A stretch of 43,196 nt of DNA from positions 1 through 43,196 of the forward strand of contig CAYLXO010000003.1 in the NCBI GenBank assembly GCA_964387965.1, in the 5' to 3' direction. This stretch comes from an uncultured Candidatus Saccharibacteria bacterium (GTDB lineage: Bacteria; Patescibacteriota; Minisyncoccia; Phycocordibacterales; UBA9973). Positions 8,929 to 17,928 of the stretch are shown here, piece by piece. Made by a program: the position numbers and the translations under genes. Below the pieces are notes generated by a model that was not told the origin of the DNA, ran no database searches, and saw nothing but the letters and a program-made list of their open reading frames with translations. Every line of letters starts with the position of its first letter. Position 1 is the stretch's first letter.

Positions 8929-10404
8929 ATGGACGGCCTTGAAGTAGATAAAATAATAAGTGAACTTCCTGCCCAACTATCAAAGAAAGATATTGAGCTT
9001 ATTACTCGAGCATACAACTTTGCCTTAAAGGCCCATCAAGGTCAGACTCGTTTTTCTGGCGAGCCATACTTCATCCACGTATTTGAAACAGCAAAAAACC
9101 TCGCCCGCTACGGCATGGATGCCGAAACTATCGCTGCAGGACTTTTGCATGACATTCTAGAAGACACAGCTGTTACCGATAAGGAATTTGAGAGTGAATT
9201 TGGTAAAGAGATACTTACGCTTGTAAAAGGCGTCACCAAACTCGGTCATGTTAAATTCCGTGGTCTTACTCGCCACGTTGAGTCACTTCGAAAATTCTTG
9301 ATGGCAATTGCGCAAGATTATCGTGTGCTCATGATAAAACTTGCAGACCGCCTCCACAATTTGCATACACTTCATCATGTACGCGCTGATAAGCAAAAAA
9401 GAATTGCCCTAGAATCAATCGAAGTCTACGCCCCACTCGCCGACCGTTTGGGTATCGGTCGACTTAAAGGTGAAATAGAAGATGCTGCTTTTCAGTACGC
9501 CTACCCAACCGAATATCAAATGGTTACAAAGATACTGAGTGAGCGCGAAGAACGATCAAAAAATGCGCTTAAACATGTCTATACTGATCTTAAAAAAGAA
9601 CTCGAAAAAACAAATGTTCGCGTTAAAAAAATCGACTACCGTATCAAGCACTTATACTCACTTTGGAAAAAGCTCCAAAAGTACGAGATGAATATTGAAA
9701 AAATTTACGATATTGTTGCGCTTCGTGTAATCGTTGAATCTGTAGAAGAGTGTTATTCAGTACTTGGAGTCATTCACTCACTCTGGAAACCTCTTCCTGC
9801 ACGTATTAAAGACTATATTGCTCTTCCAAAACTAAACGGATATCAATCGCTCCATACAACAATCTTTACAGGTGAAGGAGATATTGCTGAAATTCAAATC
9901 CGCACAGAAGAAATGCATGGGCGTGCCGAATTTGGTATCGCTTCTCACCACACCTACAAGGAACGTCAGAAAAAAACGCAAGACGAAAAATTCCAGTGGA
10001 TTGAAGAATTTAAAAAACTCGGAAAAGTTGGGTCAGAGCCCGATGATTTTCTCAATCATTTGAAAACAGACTTTTTCAATGATCGTATTTTTACCTTTAC
10101 TCCTCAAGGTGATGTCATTGATTTACCAAAAGATTCTACTCCGATTGATTTCGCATACTCAATACACTCAGATATCGGAACCAAGGCTTCATCAGCTCGT
10201 GTAAACGGAAAAATGGTTTCGCTTGATGCCGTGCTTCACTCAAGCGATATTGTTGAGATCATCACTCGAAAAGACGGTACTCCAAAACGAAAGTGGCTTA
10301 CGTTTGTAAAAACAACTATGGCAAAAAAGCACATCAAGGCATATCTCAATACTCAGAAAGGTAAAGAAATAGTTCCTCGAGAAATTCCAAAGAAACTACG
10401 CTAA
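8929..10404 (+). CDS. rel: RelA/SpoT homolog (HD hydrolase + synthetase + TGS, no ACT/RIS region)
   Basis: HD motif LLHDILEDT, synthetase motifs YQSLHT and EIQIRT, and TGS-like FTPQGDVIDLPKDSTPIDFAYSIH. It ends after the TGS domain at 491 aa. Confidence 0.88.
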   Translation: MDGLEVDKIISELPAQLSKKDIELITRAYNFALKAHQGQTRFSGEPYFIHVFETAKNLARYGMDAETIAAGLLHDILEDTAVTDKEFESEFGKEILTLVKGVTKLGHVKFRGLTRHVESLRKFLMAIAQDYRVLMIKLADRLHNLHTLHHVRADKQKRIALESIEVYAPLADRLGIGRLKGEIEDAAFQYAYPTEYQMVTKILSEREERSKNALKHVYTDLKKELEKTNVRVKKIDYRIKHLYSLWKKLQKYEMNIEKIYDIVALRVIVESVEECYSVLGVIHSLWKPLPARIKDYIALPKLNGYQSLHTTIFTGEGDIAEIQIRTEEMHGRAEFGIASHHTYKERQKKTQDEKFQWIEEFKKLGKVGSEPDDFLNHLKTDFFNDRIFTFTPQGDVIDLPKDSTPIDFAYSIHSDIGTKASSARVNGKMVSLDAVLHSSDIVEIITRKDGTPKRKWLTFVKTTMAKKHIKAYLNTQKGKEIVPREIPKKLR

Positions 10405-10432
10405 CAAAAAACTGGCTTATGCCAGTTTTTTG
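10405..10432. terminator. bidirectional terminator between rel and parB
   Basis: AAAAAACTGGC-ttat-GCCAGTTTTTT. Confidence 0.75.
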
Positions 10433-10441
10433 TTATACAGA

Positions 10442-11407
10442 TTAAAGCGAAAAGCTACTAATACTATAGAGATCCGAATCGTCTTCTTGTTTGATTTCAG
10501 GATCTGCTTTTGGAGCATTTTTTATTTGCTCAAGAATTGGTACTTCTTCTACTGTTTGAATTGGCGCCTGTTCCCCCTCTGCTTTCTTTTCGACGAGCTG
10601 ACTCACAATATTTTTGAGCTCATCTTCCGTAAGAAAACTAATAGTAATCCGTCCGCCAATTGCACCAGGTTCTACATGGACACGTTCACCGAGCATTGTT
10701 TGAAGCTTTGTTTCAAGTTGCATAAGCTCAGCACTTAGGGTTGGTTTTGGTCTTCGAGCACGCTCTACTGCGATATTACGAGCTGCTTGCTCCGCCTCGC
10801 GGACACTGACACGTTTTGTCAAAATTTCTTTAAACAACACCATCTGTTCTTCAGGTCTATCTGAGAGCATGAGCAAGGGACGTGTGTGACCTTCAGTAAT
10901 TTTTCCGTCACCAAGTGCAATCAAAATTTCATCCGGAAGCGAAAGTATGCGAAGCGTGTTTGAAACATACTCACGGCTACGTCCTACTTTTTTACCTACA
11001 TCCGCGTGTTGCATGTGGAATTCATTTACCAATCGTCCAAATGCTTTAGCACGTTCAACTGGATTAAGATCAGCACGTTGTAGGTTTTCGATGATTGCAA
11101 GTTCAAGTTTTGTTTGATCACTATCACCTTTTCGAATTATAACTGGCACCTGTGGAAGTCCTGCGAGTTTAGATGCACGCAAACGGCGTTCACCAGCAAT
11201 AAGTTCGTACTCAACAGAAAGCCCACCATCTGGTTTTTCAGTCTCAATACGGCTTACTGTAAGCGGTTGCATGATTCCATACTGACGAATTGAATCAGCA
11301 AGATCTCGAAGTGGGCCTTCTTCAAATTCACGACGAGGCTGATATGGATTTGGACGGATTTTGTCTGTCTCGATCCAAAATATTGAGTTTGAGAAAAATT
11401 CTGCCAT
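10442..11407 (-). CDS. parB: ParB/Spo0J-family partition protein
   Basis: IRPNPYQPRREF, the GERRLRASKLAG box and an HTH region. The start is taken at MAEFFSN (11407), or alternatively 11425. The longer ORF runs antisense through tRNA-Leu. No parA is adjacent. Confidence 0.85.
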   Translation of the reverse strand: MAEFFSNSIFWIETDKIRPNPYQPRREFEEGPLRDLADSIRQYGIMQPLTVSRIETEKPDGGLSVEYELIAGERRLRASKLAGLPQVPVIIRKGDSDQTKLELAIIENLQRADLNPVERAKAFGRLVNEFHMQHADVGKKVGRSREYVSNTLRILSLPDEILIALGDGKITEGHTRPLLMLSDRPEEQMVLFKEILTKRVSVREAEQAARNIAVERARRPKPTLSAELMQLETKLQTMLGERVHVEPGAIGGRITISFLTEDELKNIVSQLVEKKAEGEQAPIQTVEEVPILEQIKNAPKADPEIKQEDDSDLYSISSFSL

Positions 11408-11445
11408 GGGGCTAGTATAAGTCATAACCGCAAAAGTAAAAAGTC

Positions 11446-11475
11446 TTGAAATCTGGAAAAAATGTTGATTATAGG
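11446..11475 (+). promoter_or_regulatory. candidate promoter for tRNA-Leu(CAA) and downstream genes
   Basis: TTGAAA (11446-11451), 18 nt, TATAGG (11470-11475), lying 18 nt before the tRNA 5' end. Confidence 0.35.
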
Positions 11476-11493
11476 TTAGTATCGTATCTGTTA

Positions 11494-11574
11494 GCCGGAG
11501 TGGTGAAATGGTATACACGATCGACTCAAAATCGATTGCCGAAAGGCGTGGGAGTTCAAGTCTCCCCTCCGGCA
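11494..11574 (+). tRNA. trnL(CAA): tRNA-Leu (anticodon CAA), type II with long variable arm, no encoded CCA
   Basis: Hand-folded. Acceptor GCCGGAG/CTCCGGC, anticodon stem ATCGA/TCGAT with loop CTCAAAA, variable arm TGCCGAAAGGCGT, T arm GGGAG-TTCAAGT-CTCCC, discriminator A. Confidence 0.9.
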
Positions 11575-11589
11575 CTATATAATATAAAT

Positions 11590-12150
11590 ATGATTGCAAA
11601 TAAGTGTGATCATGCATATATATTAGGGGTCGCACTTGGAGACGGAAATTTATCTAACCCGAATGGAAGAGCTATTCGTCTACGTATTACATGCGATAAA
11701 AAATATCCTAATTTAATTGAGCATATTAATAACAAACTAAAATGTGTATTACCGAAAAATAAAACATCATTTATTGATAGAAAAAATGCTTTAGACATTT
11801 GCTGCTATTCAAATAAGTTAAGTGACATTTTAGGATGGTCGGTTGGATCTAAAAAATCACAAAATGCACATATACCAGAATGGATTATGAAATCTGAAAA
11901 ATATTCCAGAGAATGTTTAAGAGGATTATTACAAACCGACGGATCCATATATCTAGACAGAGGATATCCAATGGTAAATTTTACAACAATAATAAAACCC
12001 TTAGCGGAAGATGTTAAAAATATAATTTTATTTTTAGGATACAAGCCTCAAGTACGATATGTTAAACATTCAAATAAATCCAAATATATTATACGCATAT
12101 CAAAAAACGTGACCGAGTTTATAAATGAAATCGATCTATGGAAAAATTAG
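11590..12150 (+). CDS. free-standing double-motif LAGLIDADG homing endonuclease
   Basis: Two LAGLIDADG-type motifs, ILGVALGDGNL and LRGLLQTDGSIY. It starts 15 nt after tRNA-Leu and its last 13 nt overlap the miaA start. It is visibly AT-richer than its neighbours. Confidence 0.8.
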   Translation: MIANKCDHAYILGVALGDGNLSNPNGRAIRLRITCDKKYPNLIEHINNKLKCVLPKNKTSFIDRKNALDICCYSNKLSDILGWSVGSKKSQNAHIPEWIMKSEKYSRECLRGLLQTDGSIYLDRGYPMVNFTTIIKPLAEDVKNIILFLGYKPQVRYVKHSNKSKYIIRISKNVTEFINEIDLWKN

Positions 12151-12977
12151 AAAAGCCGAAAATTATAGTTATCGCTGGTCCTACCTCAAGCGGTAAAACC
12201 GCTTATTCAATCAAGCTCGCCAAGAAAATTAACGGCGAGATAATTTCAGCTGATTCGCGACAGGTGTATAAAGGCATCAATCTCCTTTCTGGAAAAGTAA
12301 CAAAAAAAGAAATGGCTGGTATCAAGCACTATCTGCTCGATGTGGCAAATCCCAAAAAAACGTACACTGTTGCCGAGTACAAAAAGCAAGCCGAGAAAGC
12401 CATAACAGAAATTATTAAAAAAGGTAAAACACCGATTATATGTGGAGGTACTGGATTTTATATTGATGCAGTAGTGTACAATCGTGTCTTACCCGAAGTA
12501 AATCCAAACAGAACATTACGAAAAAAACTTGCAACGTATACAAAAGAAGAGCTGTACAAAATATTGTATAAACTCGACCGCGCACGAGCAAAAACAATAG
12601 ATAAAAATAATCCTGTGCGACTTATTCGAGCAATCGAAATCGCAACAGCACTTGGTAAAGTGCCTAAACCTGCAGAATCAAAACCTATATATGACGTGCA
12701 ATGGATTATCATTGATAAGTCAGACGCAATATTACGCAAAAAAATCCATGCAAGATTACAAGAACGAGTACGAAATGGAATGATTCGTGAAGCAAAAAAA
12801 CTCCATGAAAATGGAGTCTCGTACAAACGCATGGAAGCGCTCGGTCTTGAATGTCGAGCTACTTCCTTATACCTACAAAAGAAAGTATCAAAAGAAGAAA
12901 TGCTGTCCCAGCTTGAAAACGACATTTGGCAGTATGTGAAACGCCAACGAACGTGGTTTAAGAAGTACGCACGATAA
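12138..12977 (+). CDS. miaA: tRNA dimethylallyltransferase
   Basis: P-loop GPTSSGKT, SADSRQVYKGINLLSGK and the overall IPPT family layout. Confidence 0.9.
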   Translation: MEKLEKPKIIVIAGPTSSGKTAYSIKLAKKINGEIISADSRQVYKGINLLSGKVTKKEMAGIKHYLLDVANPKKTYTVAEYKKQAEKAITEIIKKGKTPIICGGTGFYIDAVVYNRVLPEVNPNRTLRKKLATYTKEELYKILYKLDRARAKTIDKNNPVRLIRAIEIATALGKVPKPAESKPIYDVQWIIIDKSDAILRKKIHARLQERVRNGMIREAKKLHENGVSYKRMEALGLECRATSLYLQKKVSKEEMLSQLENDIWQYVKRQRTWFKKYAR

Positions 12978-13338
12978 TATGTCTAAAATACTTTTCCCGA
13001 AAATTAACCTCGTTCTCTATTTCTTCGTCTGTTAATTCCTTCCCATCTTCAATAAGAATAAGCTTATCATCGTCATCATCCAAACGATGAATAATTGCAA
13101 TACAAATTCCTTCTACCTCTTTCAAAGGAACTTTTGGTCCTAAAAAATACGCATCAAGTTCCATACCATCTGGTGCGAGAGTTTTAGGTACATACCCATA
13201 ATTGGAAGTATACAGTGCGTTTTTGTAATAAGTACCAAAAGGCTGATCAACAATAATTTTGACCTTCTTACCTAAATATTCCTTACACATCGAAAGCGAT
13301 AAGGAAACGCCATTTTTTAGTGGAACTATATCACCCAT
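12958..13338 (-). CDS. short inorganic-pyrophosphatase-like protein (126 aa)
   Basis: NYGYVPKTLAPDGMELDAYF and LDDDDDKLILI resemble the PPase strings NYGFIPxTxxxDGDPLD and DxxDxKIIA. The start is taken at 13338 because the longer ORF runs antisense through tRNA-Trp. Confidence 0.5.
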   Translation of the reverse strand: MGDIVPLKNGVSLSLSMCKEYLGKKVKIIVDQPFGTYYKNALYTSNYGYVPKTLAPDGMELDAYFLGPKVPLKEVEGICIAIIHRLDDDDDKLILIEDGKELTDEEIENEVNFREKYFRHIIVRTS

Positions 13339-13343
13339 ATTTT

Positions 13344-13415
13344 GCGGGCCCGCCGCGACTCGAACGCGGAACCTCGGTTTTGGAGACCGATGTTTTACCA
13401 TTGAAACTACAGGCC
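13344..13415 (-). tRNA. trnW(CCA): tRNA-Trp (anticodon CCA), no encoded CCA end
   Basis: The reverse complement folds as GGGCCTG-TA-GTTT-CAATGGTA-AAAC-A-TCGGT-CTCCAAA-ACCGA-GGTT-CCGCG-TTCGAGT-CGCGG-CGGGCCC-G. Confidence 0.9.
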
Positions 13416-13513
13416 CTATAACGCATAAAGCGTTCGGGCGAACATACGATATGTTTTGGCCCGTGCAGATGGAGAATAGCAAAATTTAAGGAAAAATGCA
13501 CGGAATTGCCTAA

Positions 13514-13549
13514 AAAAAGTAAAAACCCCAAGAGGGGTTTTTACTTTTT
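13514..13549 (-). terminator. intrinsic terminator overlapping the rpmG stop
   Basis: Perfect 16-bp stem AAAAAGTAAAAACCCC-aaga-GGGGTTTTTACTTTTT. Confidence 0.7.
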
Positions 13550-13699
13550 AACTTCCTTATGCTTCTTCTGAGCTTTACACCACTTACAATATTTTTTGAG
13601 TTCAATTTTGCGAGTGACAAGCTTCTTATTCTTGCGGCTCCAGTAGTTGATACGCTTACAGCTTCCGCAAGCAAGTTTTATGAGTTTATCTTGTGACAT
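13541..13699 (-). CDS. rpmG: 50S ribosomal protein L33 (52 aa, absent from the ORF track)
   Basis: Hand translation of the minus strand gives MSQDKLIKLACGSCKRINYWSRKNKKLVTRKIELKKYCKWCKAQKKHKEVKK. This has the L33 pattern CxxC...KKYCxxC. Confidence 0.88.
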   Translation of the reverse strand: MSQDKLIKLACGSCKRINYWSRKNKKLVTRKIELKKYCKWCKAQKKHKEVKK

Positions 13700-13741
13700 A
13701 CCGTGCGATATTAACACGAACGATTAATTTAATCAAGCGAC

Positions 13742-14767
13742 TTACAGCCGTCTACGGACCTTACGAGTGTATTCGACCAAAAACGCTATAAGATACTTGG
13801 GTAAATCGACAATAAGATCCCGAGCATGCAAATAGGCAACATCTGTACCGCCAAAACCTCGTTTAAAGATAGAAATGGGGTAAAAACGGTGTTTTGTATG
13901 GCCTTCTGGTGCTACCCCCCAGAAATTGTACTTTGTGAGCCCTAGGGCCTTTGCGTCACGAATAGCGCGCCATTGCACTGCGTATGCGCCGGGGTATCGC
14001 CTACCGGCTTCAGTACTTGCTCCGTAGTGGTAGGCAGCTTCATGTCCGTAAAAAATAACAAATGCTTGCGCGAGTATCTTGTCATCGTATTTTGCAGTAT
14101 ACAACTTTGCTAAACCTGCGCCTGCAAATACCTTAAACTGCTCGTGTAAAAATTCGTATGAAAACGGGACAAATTTATGCCTTGTTGCAGTGCTGATCTG
14201 CATATCATAAAACGCTCTGATTTGATTTGCGTCAGTAGTTTCGGTCACACTAATTCCGAGTTTTTCAGCTTTTTTAATTTCATACCGAGTCTGCTTTCGC
14301 ATATTCTTAAGCAAGTCATCTTCTGTGGCCTGTAAATCAAGCTCGCTTGTAAGCTCGGCGTGTAAATGAGTAGGGGCAACAACAAATCCAAGTGTTTTAA
14401 ACAAATGATGATTTTCTTTGCTATCAAGTATCTGTGGGCGCACACGTACAAACGCTGCTTTTTCTTGTTGCGCTATTTCCTTCAAACGGGCAACAGTTGC
14501 ATTCACAAGTGTCGTGTTAGTCCAATCAATAAGTGGCCCACACGGTACAATCATATACGTACCGCGACGCGCTTTTTCTACAATCAAAAGCATCACTCCG
14601 ACAAGTACTCCGTTTGCATATATGCCCTCACGAATAATAGTGTGCCCAAGGGCACTGTGAAATTCTCCCCAGTACCATGACTGAAGAAAATTAGCTTCGG
14701 AACGAGCTCGCACAAACTCCTCCCATATGTCTCTGTCTTCAATTTTTTTGAATGTTAGTTCTTGCAT
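13742..14767 (-). CDS. FemAB-family peptidoglycan peptide-bridge aminoacyltransferase (FemX-like)
   Basis: FLQSWYWGEFH, a two-lobed GNAT-like layout, YHYGAS...YAVQW, and similarity to Weissella FemX as remembered. Confidence 0.8.
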   Translation of the reverse strand: MQELTFKKIEDRDIWEEFVRARSEANFLQSWYWGEFHSALGHTIIREGIYANGVLVGVMLLIVEKARRGTYMIVPCGPLIDWTNTTLVNATVARLKEIAQQEKAAFVRVRPQILDSKENHHLFKTLGFVVAPTHLHAELTSELDLQATEDDLLKNMRKQTRYEIKKAEKLGISVTETTDANQIRAFYDMQISTATRHKFVPFSYEFLHEQFKVFAGAGLAKLYTAKYDDKILAQAFVIFYGHEAAYHYGASTEAGRRYPGAYAVQWRAIRDAKALGLTKYNFWGVAPEGHTKHRFYPISIFKRGFGGTDVAYLHARDLIVDLPKYLIAFLVEYTRKVRRRL

Positions 14768-15948
14768 GTATTTACTGTGCAGATAATTCGCTGTACATCA
14801 GCATCACTAAGAGTCATATGTGTTGGAAGGTTTATCATTTTTTCTGATACTCTCAATGCTTCTCCCGCTTTATTTTCGTCTTTGAACAAATGCCAATATC
14901 GAAGTGGTGACACGGGAACATCATACCAAATATCAGATATATGTATTCCCTTTTTTTGCAGACACGCAATCATTGTGGCGCGATCGTCTACAAGTAATGG
15001 AATTCGCACACATGTCGCTCGTAGTATTGACTCTTTGGTCATACATGTATGTACAAGTGCTGGAAATGCTTCAAGATACTTTTCCGCTATTTTTCTTCGT
15101 CGCGCTATGTCTGTATCTAAAGTATGAAAACGATGCAATGCAAGTTCGGCATACCATGAAGGGAGCTGTTCAATTTTGTTATCAAGTGCATATACTGGAA
15201 GAGACAACGCTTTTCTCTTCTTCAAAATAAAATGTAGGAGTTTTCCAATCCCAAAAACAGAATAGAGGCTTCGAATTTTGCATGTACGAATCGGATACAA
15301 ACGATCACGGCGTTGTTCTTTTTTGGGAATAACACGCCAGTCTATCTGCACAGAATGTGCCTTGCTTGTCCGTGTAACGAGAGCGCCACCTGAGATGGCA
15401 TCGACAATTTTATCCTGACTAAATGAAAGAATCGTAAAATCTCCAACGGTGCCAGTTTCTCGTCCACAAGGATAGGTAGCTCCTGCACTATGTGCCAAAT
15501 CCTCAATCAAAAAAATTCCTTTTTCTTTACAGAAAGCTTCAATTTCAGTGATTGATTGTGTGAACCCTAATGTATTCTGAATAATCACCGCCCGAATAGT
15601 CGAATCATTCTCGTACACTTTTTTAAAAGCCTCAAACGAAAAATCAAGATGATTTGAATCAATATCTACATACAGTGGAACTAGCTTTGCGTTTTTAACT
15701 GCAGTTGGCACGACCGCACAGGTATATGCACAAATCGCAACTTTTGATTGCTCAGGTAAACCGCATGAAAGTAAGGCGTATGTTATTGCTTCTCTTCCTT
15801 TGTAAAACAATGTTGTCTTTCCGTTATATCGTTTATTTAAATATTCGGTAAGTTTCTCTGTTGCCCCTGTCCCGCGCGCAAAAAGCGCATCGATAGCAAA
15901 ACGATATGTATAGTTTGAACCAACAGAATTAAAAATTCGTTTTTGCAT
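14755..15948 (-). CDS. DegT/DnrJ/EryC1/StrS-family PLP aminotransferase
   Basis: IEDLAHSAGATY, and LSFSQDKIVDAISGGALV containing the PLP-lysine motif. Confidence 0.8.
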   Translation of the reverse strand: MQKRIFNSVGSNYTYRFAIDALFARGTGATEKLTEYLNKRYNGKTTLFYKGREAITYALLSCGLPEQSKVAICAYTCAVVPTAVKNAKLVPLYVDIDSNHLDFSFEAFKKVYENDSTIRAVIIQNTLGFTQSITEIEAFCKEKGIFLIEDLAHSAGATYPCGRETGTVGDFTILSFSQDKIVDAISGGALVTRTSKAHSVQIDWRVIPKKEQRRDRLYPIRTCKIRSLYSVFGIGKLLHFILKKRKALSLPVYALDNKIEQLPSWYAELALHRFHTLDTDIARRRKIAEKYLEAFPALVHTCMTKESILRATCVRIPLLVDDRATMIACLQKKGIHISDIWYDVPVSPLRYWHLFKDENKAGEALRVSEKMINLPTHMTLSDADVQRIICTVNTCKN

Positions 15949-16666
15949 AATATGTTTTTATTGCGTCTATCACTTTTTGTACATGCGTAAATTGTGGTGA
16001 ATGACGTGCCTCATCGATAACAACAAGTTCCGACTGTTTGATTTTTGCATGTAAAACTTCTCCATCGCAAAGTGGCGTCTCTCCATCCCCACGTCCCCAA
16101 ACAAGAAGTGTTGGACACTGTATTTCATTCAAAAACGGAACAACATCAAGACTAATCATATTACTCATTGTTTTCTGCATAGTTTCATTTGCATCACGGT
16201 AGTCCTTCTCTCGAGCAATTTTGTAAACGAGTGTACGAATCAATGATATTTTCTTAAGAGGCTTTGCGATTTTTGCCAAAGCGCCGAACACAGCGCGTTT
16301 GATAGAAATGAGTACTCCGCGATGATACACTCCCGCGCTTCCGATCAAAATAAGATTGCGTACTTTTTCTGGATATTTTTTTGTATATGAAAGGCAAATA
16401 CGACCCCCATTTGAATGGGCGAGCAATGTGATAGGTGCAGATTCTTGCGCAAGTATTCCAGCAAGCCAAGAAACATAATCATCTATATCATATGGCTTAT
16501 CAATTGGGGCCGTAAGCCCAGGAACATTGAGCAATACTGGCTCAAAACCACACTGTTTTAATTCAGCTAAAATTGGCTCCCACTTTTCTAATGTGTATGC
16601 CCATCCATGAACTATGTATATTTTTCCTGCAGTTATAGTCCCCATTGTTTTCTTCGTTGTACCCAA
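15929..16666 (-). CDS. alpha/beta hydrolase
   Basis: HGWAYT oxyanion region, nucleophile elbow AHSNGG, and a late Asp/His (GRGDGE ... ARHSPQ). Confidence 0.7.
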   Translation of the reverse strand: MGTTKKTMGTITAGKIYIVHGWAYTLEKWEPILAELKQCGFEPVLLNVPGLTAPIDKPYDIDDYVSWLAGILAQESAPITLLAHSNGGRICLSYTKKYPEKVRNLILIGSAGVYHRGVLISIKRAVFGALAKIAKPLKKISLIRTLVYKIAREKDYRDANETMQKTMSNMISLDVVPFLNEIQCPTLLVWGRGDGETPLCDGEVLHAKIKQSELVVIDEARHSPQFTHVQKVIDAIKTYYAKTNF

Positions 16667-17928
16667 ACATCCTCTCTTCGTGCAAGCAGATTAACATCGG
16701 ACTTGTTCACAAGCAATCGCTCGATAATGCCTTCAAGAAACCGTGCTCCTTTAAATAGCACAATTTCCCCTCCTCGAAGCTCTGCTTCTAAATACTGGAG
16801 CGCCTCATCTGGTCGCAAGTAAGAAACCGTTCTTTCTTTCAACGAATCTTCAAGATGTGAAAGCGTGCTTGCACGTAATCGTGGTCCAACAAAAATAATT
16901 CGATCAGGATTAAATTCATTAAGTCGCTCTGCAATTCGTGCGTGCTCTTCTACTTCATACTCTCCGAGCTCAAGCATGTCTCCAAGAACAACCCATTTCG
17001 GTGATTTTGGATATAACGCAAAAAGTTCAAACATCGCACGAATACTTTCCGGAGACGTATTGTATGAACTATCGATTATTCGAATATCTTTGCTCCCTGC
17101 AAAAAGTGAATTGCGCCCAGGAGGAAGTACTAATTCTGCAAATGTTGGATCAAACGCAATATGAAAATGGGCGCACATTTTTTCGGTCATCACAATCGAG
17201 CGCGCAACATCTTTCGGTAGTAAATATGGAAAAACATAGACGCCTGATTGAAGTGTAAATTCAGTTCCATTTTCTTTTACTTGATAGCTAGAAAGAATTT
17301 CTGAAAGTTGTATGCGTTCGATTTTTGCTCGAATATTTTTTGTGTGAAAAATTAATTCTGGTACATCAGCATTCAGTAAAACAAGATCGTTTGTGTATTC
17401 TGCAAACTGCGCGAACTCTTTTGCAATTACAGACTCAATAGTAGTAGATGTTGCCACTTTAAAATTCATTGAGTGAGTTCTACTTGCGCTCACAATCGCG
17501 GTCGCTGTTGGTCGTAACAATCTTGCAAGAAATGCACCTTCGCCTGGCCTATCACAATCAGCTTCAACAATATATATGCCAGTGTTTTCAATTTTTCGAA
17601 ATGCCTGAAAAGGTGCGCGTAGTGCAAACAGTGGCCACTCGAAAAGACCGAATGTTTTGCGCGTAAGGCCTAAAATATGAAATGGGATTCCGAAAGACGA
17701 ATTGGCACGTTCTGCATAAAGTGCCTTGTCTTTAAACTGCGATTGAAGCATAGAAAAAAGGGTCGTTTTACCTTGACTTCCGGTAACTACGATAACCTTC
17801 GGATTCCAGCGCTTAAGGTATATCCGCGCAAAAAAACGAAAATATCCGGCTATCGGAAAATAGAGAATGCGTTTTGCAGCCTTTACCATATGAGTGTGAT
17901 TATAACCCAGATTGAAGATTTCTAACAA
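16633..17928 (-). CDS. Mur-ligase-family protein (MurF-like middle and C-terminal domains, no typical N-terminal domain)
   Basis: ATP-binding VTGSQGKTT, DxD-type EADCDRPGE and the C-terminal GDMLELG motif. Confidence 0.75.
   Translation of the reverse strand: MLEIFNLGYNHTHMVKAAKRILYFPIAGYFRFFARIYLKRWNPKVIVVTGSQGKTTLFSMLQSQFKDKALYAERANSSFGIPFHILGLTRKTFGLFEWPLFALRAPFQAFRKIENTGIYIVEADCDRPGEGAFLARLLRPTATAIVSASRTHSMNFKVATSTTIESVIAKEFAQFAEYTNDLVLLNADVPELIFHTKNIRAKIERIQLSEILSSYQVKENGTEFTLQSGVYVFPYLLPKDVARSIVMTEKMCAHFHIAFDPTFAELVLPPGRNSLFAGSKDIRIIDSSYNTSPESIRAMFELFALYPKSPKWVVLGDMLELGEYEVEEHARIAERLNEFNPDRIIFVGPRLRASTLSHLEDSLKERTVSYLRPDEALQYLEAELRGGEIVLFKGARFLEGIIERLLVNKSDVNLLARREDVWVQRRKQWGL

Noticed and set aside
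10442-11500. A parS site (TGTTNCACGTGAAACA-like) near parB.
   Set aside because: I found no convincing match while scanning CACGTG-containing sites in the window. I cannot exclude a divergent site without a proper search.
11446-11589. The N-terminal extension of the LAGLIDADG ORF (the track start at 11446).
   Set aside because: It reads straight through the tRNA-Leu(CAA) gene in the sense direction, and the endonuclease fold starts at MIANKCDHAY (11590).
10442-11635. The 397-aa version of the parB ORF.
   Set aside because: The N-terminal 70-76 codons run antisense through tRNA-Leu(CAA) and its promoter, and the ParB homology begins at MAEFFSN (11407).
11400-12300. A group I intron or intein hosting the LAGLIDADG gene.
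   Set aside because: The tRNA-Leu folds completely without an interruption. Only 15 nt separate it from the ORF, and the ORF end overlaps miaA. There is no room for a ribozyme core, and no host protein frame exists for an intein.
12958-12977. The 20-nt overlap of the convergent 3' ends of miaA and the PPase-like gene, considered as an antisense regulatory feature.
   Set aside because: It is most simply explained by genome compaction, and no hairpin or other signal is seen in the overlap.
12958-13482. The 174-aa version of the PPase-like ORF, and ORFs 13259..13489 and 13331..13531.
   Set aside because: They overlap tRNA-Trp(CCA) on either strand. The PPase-like homology starts at the Met at 13338.
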